A stretch of DNA of 64,000 bases, from the NCBI GenBank assembly GCA_965153285.1, contig OZ229115.1; one strand, 5' to 3'. The translations under genes were made by a program, and so were the position numbers. Each line of letters starts with the position of its first letter. Within the stretch, counting starts at the first letter, position 1. This document shows positions 33,976-46,200 of this stretch, one piece after another. The notes beneath the pieces were generated by a model. It ran no database searches, was not told where the DNA came from, and saw only the letters and a list, made by a program, of their open reading frames with translations. Origin of the DNA: Podarcis tiliguerta (taxonomy: Eukaryota).

Positions 33976-35583
33976 GTAGGTTGGGACCATTCCACAGCCA
34001 CACTCTTTGCACATAGATGCTTAAAGGCCAAATTAATCACAGTTAATTTATTTAGGGAAGGATTTGACATTTGGAGAAATGGGAATGCTCTGGACTGGCA
34101 TATGCAGTGAATTCAGAAAGGGGAAAAGGGCTACTTTAGCTTGGCAGTAAGATGTAGGCTGGGCAAATAGTGATAACACTGGTTGGCAAGAAGATTTACT
34201 TTCTGGATTGGTGAGTCTATATTCCTAGACACCAAGCAGCTGAATGATGATGATGATATGAAGGTAAAACCACCAAGTGTGGAAAATCCTAATAAACAAT
34301 GGAAGTAGGCATAGCTGTCAACTTTCGGATTTGAAAATAAGGGATCAGCAGCCTCACCTGTCCCGGGGACAGTCTACAGGATATCTAACAATCCGGGATA
34401 GCAGCAGGAAGCAGCGCTGAAATAAGGGAATTTCCCGCAAAAAAGGGGAGGTTGACAGAATAAGCCATTCTGAAGCTAGAAGAGATTATCTAAAACTGTA
34501 TACGTCTGTTAATTTTGCATCCAATGGTTTTTTAAAAACAGCTATTCATTATTATTTTTTAGCATTTGTATCATTTAAATAACCTTGTTCCTTTGTGTTT
34601 GCCCCGCTTGTTCTTGCAGGTTTTGTGATGGGCAACAATCTCTCACAACACACATTCGGATTCATTCAGAGTTGCCTCTTCCCTTATTACTTCCACATTG
34701 GCTCAGCTTGTGCTTTCATCAACCTGACCATATTTGCTATGTGTCACCCCAGCGAACTTCTCAATGAGGAAGAAACCATGCAGGTAGTGGGCTCCCTCTT
34801 TTAAATATCGCATGCATCCGCTAGTCCGCCATTCTGCTTTGTTACATGGCCTCGCTTGTGATGGCATGCCTGCCTTAGGAAGAAGTGGTTGGACCGAGAA
34901 GCCACCCACGCTTACTAGCAGGGCACTCCTTGTGTTTCCTGTAACTACCACCACGGCTGGTAGGAGGTAGTATTAGTAGGTGGAGGGGCAGAGCAGCAAA
35001 GGGGCACAGTTTGGTGACTTGGCACAGGAACGGAACATCTTGCACCGAAATATACCTTATTAATCCTAATTTGAAAATGCAATGTCAGGGCCAACCCACA
35101 GGGTTATTTTAAGGATGATATGCACTGCTGGGGCCACAGGAACCTGCCTAGGTACCAGCCATGAATCCGAATATTATTCCTGCAAAGTGATTGCAGCTAC
35201 ATGTGATATGAACCCCCCCCCCCATGCTAGCTGATGCTACCTGACAATAAATAGTTCATAGCATAACTATCTTTCCTTTCCAGATTACAGTCTTCTTCAT
35301 TTGTGTCATAGTTGCTGCTCTAAATGCTCAGTGGTTTGGGCAAGTGACTTCAGATATTATGGCCGAAATGCACCTGATTGAGCAAAGCTATGGCTTGGGA
35401 GAGGATGCTGGGTGGTTCCCGCATAAGTCCTTTATGCGGCTGCGTCAACTGGATTCTCATTACAGGGAGCTGACAAGCAGACTGAGCATCTATCATGGTT
35501 TCTCTTCCCTCTGCAACCTGTGCTGCATCGCATGCAATGGCTTGAGCCTCTACTATATGGCTGCTCACCTTTCAACATTATAA
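33876..35583 (+). CDS. Transmembrane protein 205-like (TMEM205/DUF4149 family), 187 aa, spliced gene model
   Basis: join(33876..33975,34620..34783,35284..35583), 564 nt, intact. Motifs VKVLHL..LSTFWGMQIWVTF, HTFGFIQSCLFPYYFHI..CAFINL, YHGFSSLCNL.C...NGL match recalled TMEM205. Symbol withheld because synteny suggests a paralog. Confidence 0.92.
34310..34462. mobile_element. Small MITE (catagctgtcaac ... gttgacagaata)
   Basis: Terminal inverted repeats and duplicated aaataaggga subterminal motif. Confidence 0.55.
34620..34783 (+). CDS. TMEM205-like coding exon 2
   Basis: ttgcag|GT TTT...ATG CAG|gtagtg; FVMGNNLSQHTFGFIQSCLFPYYFHIGSACAFINL. Confidence 0.92.
35284..35583 (+). CDS. TMEM205-like last coding exon
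   Basis: ttccag|ATT ACA...TTA TAA; ITVFFICVIVAALNAQWFG...YHGFSSLCNLCCIACNGLSLYYMAAHLSTL*. Confidence 0.92.
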   Translation: MTVFFICVIVAALNAQWFGQVTSDIMAEMHLIEQSYGLGEDAGWFPHKSFMRLRQLDSHYRELTSRLSIYHGFSSLCNLCCIACNGLSLYYMAAHLSTL

Positions 35584-37691
35584 GCACATGGGTAAATAAC
35601 CTGCATGGGCATGATTGTGAAAAGATGGACTGCAAATGGCAGAAGCCATGGCCTGGGTTGCTGTAGAGTGCTCCTCCAAGCAGGATTCACAGGTGCTTGG
35701 ATCACCCTGTTCTGAGCGTAGCATGCTATAAATTTTCCAGCCATCATTGGGTTGGCAGCCCATGCACTAATCAACCTTTCATAGAACACTGGACTCCTTG
35801 TTGATCAATGAGACATCTCATTGTAATAGTAATACTTGGTCAGACAATTATGAGACAATTTAAATGCCACCAAAATACTTGATGCAAGTAACAGGTTTCT
35901 TTTTGAAAATGTAAAATTCGTAAGCAGATGCCTACAGCTGAAAAAGGATTTGTCACTTCATGTGCCCTCTGCTCCCCTCAGTCTTCTAAAGGACCAGATG
36001 TTAACCTTTTAAGGTGGCTGCAGCCTTGCTAGTTATGGGTATCAGCTTAAGGGCACCTATGACTTCCTAACTGTGCTTGGTCCAGTCCAGAGAAAATCTC
36101 TTCTGATATCAAATATATTTGATACCAACTTCTGAAAAGGTAAAATGCTCTTCCCAGCCAAAAGGTTTTTAATTCTACCATGGATTATATTAAAGCCTTA
36201 CGTTCCAAAGAGCAACAACAGATGCGGTAATAAAACGAAATCTAACTGCAGTAATGAATTTGTTTCCCGGCCGAAAGTGCTCCTGTTCTTTATTTGCTAT
36301 ACAACAGAGGTCTAGTTTCAAAAGTCAAGCAGCCGTTTGGTACCTCCTTTTCCCTGGAGACAAGCACTAGCCAGAGTTGTTCAGGTAGAACTTGCCCTTC
36401 TATATAGGTTGAACTCAGGAGTAAGTTGCTGTACAGCACATTCCTTGCCTTATGCCTTTACTGGATCTTCCCACCTCCATGAAAAGTGATGTGAGTTCCA
36501 AGTTCAGAAAGCACATGCATGAGAGCACTTCAAAAACAATTAAGCTGTATACAGAGGGATGCCATAGATAGACTCAGTGTGAAGGCGCATCCTTGAGATA
36601 CTGTACTCTACTCTAGAAACAAGTCATTTTATGTTGTTTTTTTACTTGTTGTACATTAGCAGCATGGAGAAGGATGCTACTGTGGCCACAACTTTAGCAA
36701 TTGGGTAGGCATAAGAAATGTACCTCCGGAAATTAAAACCATAATTTAGAACCTATAAAATGTGCCCAGCTCCTTTTAAAACCTATTTGTCACAGCAAAA
36801 AGCCAGCAAAATTGTAAAGCTCTCAACAATGGCATTCCACATTCCTTTGCTGAAGTGCACAAGACAGTAGTGAATAAATCACAGCTGTGGTTTAATCTCT
36901 GTGCCTATTGAGCAGGCGAACGCTCTGTATGATCTATTGGAAAAGTAACAACAGGTGGCAGGCATTTAGGGGTTCCCCTCCATATTCTAAATATTCCAAA
37001 AACAGAATTGTTAGCTGTGCTTGCATAGCATTGGATGCAAGCATGCTCCCTGACCCCTAGATACACTTATTTTATGGCACTTAAATCTGTAAAGTTATAC
37101 TGTGTTGCCCCAAGCTGCAAGTAGAAGCCCCATTGAGATTAACTTGGTTTATGGCAAATTGGATACTTCAAGAAATAATCAGATATTCGGGGGGGTGGGG
37201 GGTGGGATCTATTTCTCTCAAGCAAAACTCAGTGTATTTAGGTCAATAACGTAACAGGAGCCCTGCTGGATGAGGTGAAAAAGAGGCCCATATAATCCAG
37301 CAAGTTGTACTCACAGTGCCCAAGCAGATACGTGCGAGGTGCCTGCATGCAGGACCGAAGTGCCACAGCATTCTCCCCACCTGTGATACTCCGCAACTGG
37401 TATTCAGAGACATACTGCCTTTGACAGTGGAGAGTGAGGTTTTCTACTTGATGTATGCCCCGTTTTGTTCTATTCCTTTACTTTTAAGGAAATGTGAACG
37501 ATGCTTATTCACCCCAATTAAATAGAAGTGCAGATGCAGTTTCTGTGGCTAGGATTAGGAAATCTGCCATCTCGATGGTTGCAGAAGAAGATACATGTGT
37601 ACGAAATGTTCCATCTTTCAGTTTATAAATCTAAAGAGGCCTTGTTCCATTATGTGTTGTATTCCACCCCCACTCCCCTCAAAATGTTCAT

Positions 37692-37794
37692 TCACTTTAG
37701 CCAGTGGACCTTCTTCCCAAAGAAGTAGTTTTTAGAAAAAGGTGCAAGTTTCACCAAAACCAAAAAGGTAGGAGTCCCAGCTTTTATGAAGTAC
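37692..37794 (-). CDS. TTC4: TTC4 exon 10 (last coding)
   Basis: YFIKAGTPTFLVLVKLAPFSKNYFFGKKVHWLK*. Confidence 0.93.
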
Positions 37795-40700
37795 CTGCAA
37801 AAACAATTAGAAAGTCAACCTCCAGTCTTGGCTCACAACATTTTAAGATAACCTTATATGCTTGTGTTTGTGCATGCATGTTTGCTTATACTACCGTCCC
37901 ATTTCCCCACCCCATTCCACACTGAAAGATACTGGAATAACTTGATAGGTTAGATTCTCACCTGCTCTACAAATTTGGAAGAAGATAGGACAGAAACATA
38001 ATATGGGTGGGATTCACCTAACAAGCCCAGTCAGCAGAAGCTCTTATGCCCAGAAATTGGCTCTGGGCAGGGGTCAGGAGAACCTGCAGAATAGCGCACA
38101 GTGGAGAGAAAGGTGGGCTTCATTCTGTCTGGCAAGCTGAAATGTTTGCACAGAGGGAATGCTCACCACAGCACCATGCTCAAGTCCATCACCTGCTTTG
38201 ACTGTTGGAACAATCTAATAGGCTAGGTTGGTAAGAAGAGATGCCCCCACTGCGAAGATCCATGACATCCTAAAAGTTCAGGCAGGTACAACTGCAGCAA
38301 ATTACCCTTTCTTTAGAAGCTGATCACCTAACCTTTTGCTGCAAGGCAGTCTAAAAATACAGCCACCTTTCAATGCAATGGCTATGCATTGTTATTTCCG
38401 TAAGTAACTGTCACGTCTAGCTGGTGCCACCAAGAGAAAACTGAGGCAGCCCTGTAGTGAAATGGATGAATAAGCTTCAGCTGAAGCTGACACCTCTAAT
38501 CTGAAGTGACCACATATGGGCAGTTTTGTTGGCTGTTGATATCTAAGACTACTGTATCCTTAACAGCAGAATCTGCTGACGAACAATTATTTCTCTGTCA
38601 GATTACTGTTAGACAAAAAAAAACCTTCTTGATTTTTTGAAGCAAGTAGATGGATCCTGTTGATTCAACATTACACACGTGTCATTTTGACAATAAAGAT
38701 GAGTAACATGCAGTCCCCAGCTCAGAATCTCACCTTTGGTGCTGCAGCGCTTGTAGCAATGTGGTTTCTGTGTCTATCTGGTATATCTCTCCTTTTTCTT
38801 CATCCTCAAAATACAGCTGTGCAATTTAATATGAGAGACAAATCGACTAAATATGTGAACAAGGACAAGCAACATTACCTGTAAGGCTTAGTAGGATATT
38901 TTTGCAGGTCAGCAGGGCATCCGTAATACTAACAACCAACTACTCATGTGATGGAAAACCCTTTTTATTGCTTCCGTTTGAGACTGCAGTTTATTAGGGC
39001 AAGTTCTGGGAGTCCAGAATTGTGGTAGTTTAGGGGTTGTTTTTTACCGGATTTAATTTTATTTCTATTTATTGCTTGCCATATACTTCAAGCCTTTGGA
39101 AGAGCTAAATAAATGAATTTTTATTCAAGCCTACAAATCTAAGTACTTAATGGAAGTTTTAAAACAATTTTGCGGTTGTTTATGGATAACACAACCCTCT
39201 GATTTGAGATTATTCTCTGCCTGTCTGACCTATCTGTGGCTATATATCAGGGTTGGGGAGTTTGGCCCTCCAGATGTTTTTGGACTGCAAATCCCATTAA
39301 CCCCAGCATAGCCAATGATCAACGAAGATGGTAATTTTAGACCCAACAGCATTTGAAGAGCCATAAGTTTCCCATTCTTCGCCTGGGATGCAGGTAGAGG
39401 CTGACTTAGGCTCTGTCAAACTCCATGATGAAGCTGTTGCTTAGTATACTGTTGTGTGAAGGCAAAAAGTGTGGTTGCTCTCTCAGTCTTTGCTGGAAGG
39501 CTCCTTTTTACTCCCTCTAACCTCAGTCTTTCTGTCCCCCCTCTCTCTCCACCTCTGCTAGAGCCCATTGCTCCCCTCCCGCCCCTCCTTAGGGTACAAA
39601 AGGTCTGGACTCCAGGCATCCCACATGGGGCTACACTGCTCAGGGTTATATATATTAGAAGATCCATTTTAAGAAAGGACAGATAAATGCCAAAAGGCAT
39701 TGTATCTTACCTCCAGTTCACTAGGAATATATTTCTTTTCTACATCCCAGGGAGGTAGTTCTTCAAACATGACCATTAAGTGGTCAATAAATCTGAAACA
39801 CAAGATGCATCATGTTACTCTCCAAGCCATTAAGTTCAGCTTCAGCAACTACTAGAGTTGAATTAAAGTAGATACTGTACACTGACGCCTTTCGAATTCA
39901 AAGCAATGTAGCTTCATTAAAGGCTGCTAACCAACGCAGTATTTTTAAAAATTAAATTCTTCAATGCTTTTTTTCAAAATAGGCATGCTCAGGAAGATCA
40001 TAAATCTATTTCCTTATTTAAGGCTAATCCAAAAATAACTACCTTCTCACTGATCAGAGTCTCTAAAATAGCTCACAAACACCACTTCATATAAACATGC
40101 TCTAAGACTCCAAAAGCTTTGGACCACAACTTCCATCATCCCTGTCCACTGCCCATGCTGGCTGGGGCTGAAATGAGTTGTAGCCCAAAACATTTGATGG
40201 AAGGCATCAGGCCGGGGAAGACTTGTTCAGACATTACTCTGAGATTAGCAGATGAGGCTGGCAGGCATGCTCCCACTCCTACTCTTCACATTCAGAAGAT
40301 CTGAATGGTCTTACCAAAGTACTGGAAAACACAGCAAATAAAATGTGTGAATTGAACCCACTGCCTTCTCCCTTCCATATTATGTTCATTTGGATTTATA
40401 TAAATTCAGCTTTACAAAACAACCACCTCGATTCTTCATGAAAAGAGGAGATGAAGTCAGTTTGCCCATGCTCAGGATACAGGAACAGCACAGGCCAGGT
40501 TAGGCTGCCATTCTCATCTAAACAGACTTTGGCACCGATATCATTTTCTGAGCCAAGTCCATCTAAAGACATCTCAGCCAGGTCTGCTGATATCGTTGTG
40601 TCTTCCTTAGAGGATGCTAGAGACAATTTGATGTTCCGATCCTACATCAGAAGAGAAAAGAAAAAAAATATGAGGCAAGTATCCACATCTTTACACATTT

Positions 40701-43700
40701 AAAATATCCAGGGGCAATTCTTCCCATCAAAAGAAAAAGCTACCTTGATAGCTTTGAGTAAGGCCTCCTTCCGAGACTGTTCCCTCTTCTCCTGCAATTT
40801 AGCTTTTCTGAAATCCCTCTCTTCAGTGCGCTGAAAGACAGACAAAGCTACATCGTTACTGTGGGGAGGAGAATGCTGTTCCACCAGTCTTAGTCTACTG
40901 TATAAACAGGTTTCCATTTGCCCCCTTCTAACCTTTAGTCTATCAGCTTTAGCTCTTGTTTCCAGAAGTTTCTTTTCTTTTGGATCTATTCTCAATCCCT
41001 CCTCGCACCATGTTATGGCTTCAGAGAAGTGTTTAAGTTCCAAATGGCACAGTGCTCCTAGAAAAGCAATACAATGGTACCTCGGGTTACAGACGCTTCA
41101 GGTTACAGACTCCGCTAACCCAGAAATAGTACCTCGGGTTAAGAACTTTGCTTCAGGATGAGAACAGAAATCGCGCAGCAGCAGGCCCCATTAGCTAAAG
41201 TGGTGCTTCAGGTTAAGAACAGTTTCAGGTTAAGAACGGACCTCCAGAACGAATTAAGTTCTTAACCCGAGGTACCACTGTAGTTTGTTTCACATATGTC
41301 TGCAGCAAACACAGATACACTCAACTAATTTTTAAAACATCAGTGTGGCAAACAGGGATGTACACCTACGCTGGTCAATTTGTTTCCAGACTGAAGGCAG
41401 TGAAGAGCCATAGAGGCCTGAATTCTAGGCTGACTTTTATTTATTTTCTTACATTTATGCCCTACTTTTCTTCCCTCATACGACCTAGCATGACCCTACA
41501 TTTATTATTACTTTTAGAAGTATGTATAACCCATTCTTCACCGACTATTTTCAATCTCAGAGCAGGGAGCAACATAACAAATAATAAAAGCATGTCCAGT
41601 AAATAGTAACAAATTTACAGTTCCATTATAAGGCAAACAAAGCTAAACTACAATAAGGGCACCAATTGCAAAGATCTCCCACTCTTTTTCCAAAGTAGCA
41701 ACACCACAAAAAACATCAACAAAAAAGACAAGGGTGGCAATAAGCCTCAACTCTTGTTTCTTTCTTCTTCCTGGTCCCAACGAAACTCGCAGGGCTCAAA
41801 GTTGGTAGGGCTGCTGGGAAGGATGCGGCAGGTGGATTTGCGAGCATCTTCCATCTCCCTCCTTAGTGAGCACAAACAGCATTCAGCATCCTCCCGTGGT
41901 TCCCAGATGCTAACTAGACCAAGACATGCTTTGTTTTATTGGAGTGGTGGTCTCATGTGCCTTCAGACCACATGCTGCCCCTAACATACTGCAAATAACT
42001 TCGTTCCAAGGTTCCCATGCTTCTTCCTTCTCTTTATCTCAAGTAGACACAACCCTTTTAAGTTGCATTATGCTATTATTTCATGGCTGTCAGGGAACTG
42101 CCATCAGTGTCCGAGGGAGAGAGCAAGCTCCGAAGGGATCCCAGAGAGCGTCCCGGGAGTGGGAGGGGCAGCCCATCTTCTGGGGGAGAGAATCAGCGTA
42201 GCACCAGTGGAGAAGGGGCGCAGATGGGGGAAGCGGCGAGACGGTCCCATGATTCCTTGCCGGGGACCAGTGGGGAGAGTAGAGGTCCTCCGCTGCCCAC
42301 GCCCTCCTTGCGCAGAAGGCTTTCGCGCAGAGTAGGAGGAGAGTAGGCGTCAAAGAGCTTCTTTGCTGGAAGAAGTTTAAGAAACGCCCACTGACGGATT
42401 CTGCCAGCGATTGAGATGGTCACGGGCGAGTGGCTGCCCGGACAGGAAAGATTCACTCAGGCAACCAAGCCAGACGTTGGGACAAGCTTACGCACGAGCA
42501 GCCCCTAGAACCATTACAATGGCACTTTGAAAGTTTACTTTTCAAGAATATTCTATACAAACTTTTATTGCTGTTATACAGTGCTCCCACTTTCTTAATT
42601 ACATGGAGGCCTCTATTAAAATGCAACTGTTGAACATTCTTTTACCTCTTGTAATTGCCTTGAGGTGAGTGGGTTTCAGTTTTCTTGCTGCGATAGCATC
42701 ATTGAGAGCAGAGCGATAGTTACCTAAACAAAACATACCTCTGTAAAACCTGGGTCATTACATTGGATTTTTAAGGGAGGCTGGCAAATTGCTCCCTAAG
42801 AAACACTGGGCTACACTGAGGCAAGACACGTGAGGTCTTCAAATATGACATTAATTTATAAGGATAATGAAAAGAGGAGGCATTATAACAGCTAAGATAC
42901 AGATTCCAAAGGCTGCCCCTCTTTTTTAAAAAAATGTATTTGATAAATAATAATTTGATTTTGTTGCAAAAACTTCAACACAACCTATTACTTCTTGTCT
43001 TTCTTTTCAGACTCTGTATTTGAGGCTATTCATCCTACTAAAAACCAACAGCACTCAATTCTTTTTTTTAATCCAAACTAGCTGCTCAAGAGACATCTCT
43101 GCTTGCACATACTGAATCTTGGGACCTGGAATACATTGGATCAAATTCTGTTTAACAAAATTTAAAGCACTGCAATGTGAACAGTGACAGCCAAACCAGA
43201 CGCAATATTATGCATATTTGAGAGTAAGTCCCAATTAACTCAGTGGTGCCTATTTTCTTTGGGAGCTCCACATACACTGCTAAATTAACATCTAACAAGG
43301 ATATGGGTCTAAAATTTAGCATCCTCAATACTACTTGTTTGTTTGTTTAAAAAAATTCAAAAACAACTTTATGACTGCTGGAACATACAGGAGAAAGTTC
43401 TACCTTTGATATTTTTCTGCTATATAGAATTTGAGCTAGGCACAATTTTGAATGCAATACATTACCCAAATAAAACTGGGCTGCAGCTCTGTTTGTATGA
43501 AGAACAGTATTCAATTCTAGGTCATTGCACTTCTTTTTCAGTCCTTCTGAATAGGATATCACAGCCTTCTTATAATCCTTTTCCTTGAAATAATCATTGC
43601 CCTCATTCTTATAGGCCTGGGCTTGAAAAACACCAATAAAGATAAACATTGCAACGTTAGAAAAGCAATTATAAGCACTCCTTTAAAAGTCAAGTTATCT

Positions 43701-46200
43701 GTAACACATAAAGCACAGATCTTATGCTTCCCAGAAAACTCAGGCTAATCAGCCTGCTATACTATGGTTTTTTTCTTTTACACCAAAGTTTTTTATGCTA
43801 TAATAACCTCTCATTTTTTATGGAGCTGCGCGTGCCGGCCAAGTTAAATTTCTACAAGTCCTATGAGCCCCAATATGTATTTTTTGAAATGGGACGGTGC
43901 CCTTTCAAGATAAACACTTGGTTGTTAACCTTAAAGCTCTGGCTTAAGATCTTTATTTTCAAAATGGGAATACAGTAGGACCGTCAGCTCATTTATCTGT
44001 GGACACCTATTGCAGCATTTGGACAACGGTTGTGACAGAGGCTATACTGGACTGTCAGCCTTTCTCCTTCAAATGGGACACAACAGAGCACCCGCCTTGG
44101 TAAGACAAAGCTGGGATGTCTCTTTTCAAGACATTGAACTGATTGAGACGAAACAATTATGCCCTTTGATTCCTAGAGAAAGTGTTGCGAGAACAATGTA
44201 AATTTCATCAGCTGATACATTTACAATATGTAAGTGGAGACTACCTTCAGATATTTGGTCTTCATCAAAAATAATAGACTGAAGACAAGCAAGGTCAGGA
44301 TTCTGCTTAGGATCTATTTCAGCAGGAGCTTTCCTCATGAACATTGGGATCTGGTCAAATTCCTGTCAACAAATGCAGACAGCCCAAGTTACCAAGGATA
44401 GAAGAAAAGGGTTCAAAATAGCCACATGTCTCTGGAAATACAGGCTTTATTCGAGATACTTAACAGAAGAACTTGCATTTCCCCCCTCCATACATTGAAT
44501 TTTGTCCCTGGTTATTTCTAAAGAATTCACTTAATTCATAGTTCTTGGCTTTCTAGGTAAGTAATTTCAGACTTAGCATCAGCCCTTGCTAAACCTTCAA
44601 AGCCACCGTTTTCCTGTTACAAAAAAACAAAACCAACAGGAATGTAACAGATATAGATCCTGTAATATCCGTCATTGAATTCTATTAAATTTCTCTATCC
44701 TTTCAAGCCAATTCTTGTTTACCAAGAAAGACACATTGGCCAGGTTAGCACATAATGCTAAACCATTGTTTATTAAACTACCGTTTATTAAATTACAGTT
44801 TATTAAACTGTATCTTCAATAAATTAGTTAATAATAAACTAGTTTAATAAACAGTATAGAAAAATGTGGCTAGAGAATTCATCATCTTATTCAACATCTA
44901 GCCCTCCCTCCAGATGTTGTTGGATTCCAATGCCCATCAGCCACAGTCAGCATGGTCAAGAGGGAAGCAATGAGGAGAGCACAGTCTAGCGAAGTCTGCA
45001 GAGTCACAAGTTCCCAAATTCAGGTTACAATTAAATTTTTTTTGATACAATGACATGTATTGTGAACTTGCAACCCAATATGCAGGTTTAAAATGCTATC
45101 TACTCTAATGTCACAACACACATCCCACCCCTTGGTTAGAAAGTCAACATCCACTGTACATGGTCAAGTTGTAAGTTTCAGTTGCCAAATTGTGTTGACA
45201 ACATTGTGCCAACCTAATAGTTACAGTTTGCAGGTGACCTCTATTGCTACATGCAGATTCAGTATATACCAGCAACTGCTCCATGATAAAACAATGGTGA
45301 CAATATTTTAAATGTCAACGTGAAACATTAATGTGCTGCAAAAACCCATGGCTGTCAGGAAAACCTGTCCAGAAGTCGGTCATGTTCTCTAAACTGCTCT
45401 CTTCTATCCAGGTGTGGGAGATGACTGGTTATTAACACTGGAGGCAAGGCATTCTGCACAAGCTCTAGAGGCACTCTCATCTTTACTGCTGGTTCATATG
45501 CCTTGAAGTTGAAAGCAGGCTCCAGAACTGACCTCTGGCTCAAACATAATTTAGTAGAGCTAACCAGCAATGCTCACAACAAATAACCCTGTTAAGATCG
45601 GTACCATCAACCCTGGCCCTGCAGTGGTCAGGAGGAAGACTGGGAACTAGTGGTTTGCAGAAGCCAAGCTAGTGTTTGTTTACTTTATATCTTACCTTTC
45701 ATCCAAGGAGCTCAAGACAGCGCGCACGATCCAACCCCCTTCCACATGTCATCCCAACAACAGCAGCAACCCTGCGAGGTCGTTTAGGCTGACAGAGGCA
45801 GTGACCAGCTCAAAGCCACCCCTGCAAACTGCCCGGGCGAGTGGGAGATTCCGAACCCGGGTCCTATCCCGACATTCAAAACTGCAGACCAATTCCCCCC
45901 AAAAGCTCACCCTCTGCCTACCTGACAGGGCTGTTGGAGAGGACGGGGGGGGGGGGACAAGAGGCCGGTGAAAAGAGGATAAAACTAAAAGGCTGGAGAC
46001 TCTTCCCCAACTTGGCATCTCCCCAGGAGCCCGTGCAGTCGAGCGCGGCCATCGGGTCCTCCCTCGTCCCGCCGCCCGGAGAGACGCACCTGCTCCCAGT
46101 TCTCGGGGCTGAGGGCGCCCGCGTAGCGCTCGGGGCCGCGGAACCGGTCCAGGAAGGCATCCCAGCCCGCCTCGTGCTCTTCCTCCTCCTCCGCCATCAT
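37692..46200 (-). CDS. TTC4: Tetratricopeptide repeat protein 4 (Cns1-like HSP70/HSP90 co-chaperone), 385 aa, spliced gene model
   Basis: complement join(46090..46200,44245..44362,43466..43621,42646..42723,40933..41057,40744..40830,40427..40641,39711..39792,38734..38816,37692..37794), 1158 nt, all GT-AG, phases consistent. TPR motif YKNEGNDYFKEKDY..A...Y.EGL and C-terminal WPVLFLYPE..QTDFI. Confidence 0.96.
38734..38816 (-). CDS. TTC4: TTC4 exon 9
   Basis: LYFEDEEKGEIYQIDTETTLLQALQHQ. Confidence 0.93.
39711..39792 (-). CDS. TTC4: TTC4 exon 8
   Basis: FIDHLMVMFEELPPWDVEKKYIPSELE. Confidence 0.93.
40427..40641 (-). CDS. TTC4: TTC4 exon 7
   Basis: DRNIKLSL...LTWPVLFLYPEHGQTDFISSFHEES. Confidence 0.93.
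40744..40830 (-). CDS. TTC4: TTC4 exon 6
   Basis: RTEERDFRKAKLQEKREQSRKEALLKAIK. Confidence 0.93.
40933..41057 (-). CDS. TTC4: TTC4 exon 5
   Basis: GALCHLELKHFSEAITWCEEGLRIDPKEKKLLETRAKADRLK. Confidence 0.93.
41070..41282. mobile_element. Tc1/mariner-type MITE, family A
   Basis: TACAATGGTACCTCGGGTT ... AACCCGAGGTACCACTGTA. Confidence 0.87.
42088..42518. mobile_element. Solo LTR-like element, 431 bp
   Basis: TGTCA...TTACA ends with exact 5-bp TSD ATGGC at 42083..42087 and 42519..42523; GC/CpG-rich. Confidence 0.75.
42646..42723 (-). CDS. TTC4: TTC4 exon 4
   Basis: GNYRSALNDAIAARKLKPTHLKAITR. Confidence 0.93.
43466..43621 (-). CDS. TTC4: TTC4 exon 3
   Basis: AQAYKNEGNDYFKEKDYKKAVISYSEGL...HTNRAAAQFYL. 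Confidence 0.92.
44245..44362 (-). CDS. TTC4: TTC4 exon 2
   Basis: EFDQIPMFMRKAPAEIDPKQNPDLACLQSIIFDEDQISE. Confidence 0.93.

Noticed and set aside
43466-43621. TTC4 exon 3 appears two codons shorter than the recalled human sequence
   Set aside because: In-frame indel at the edge of the first TPR; ordinary divergence
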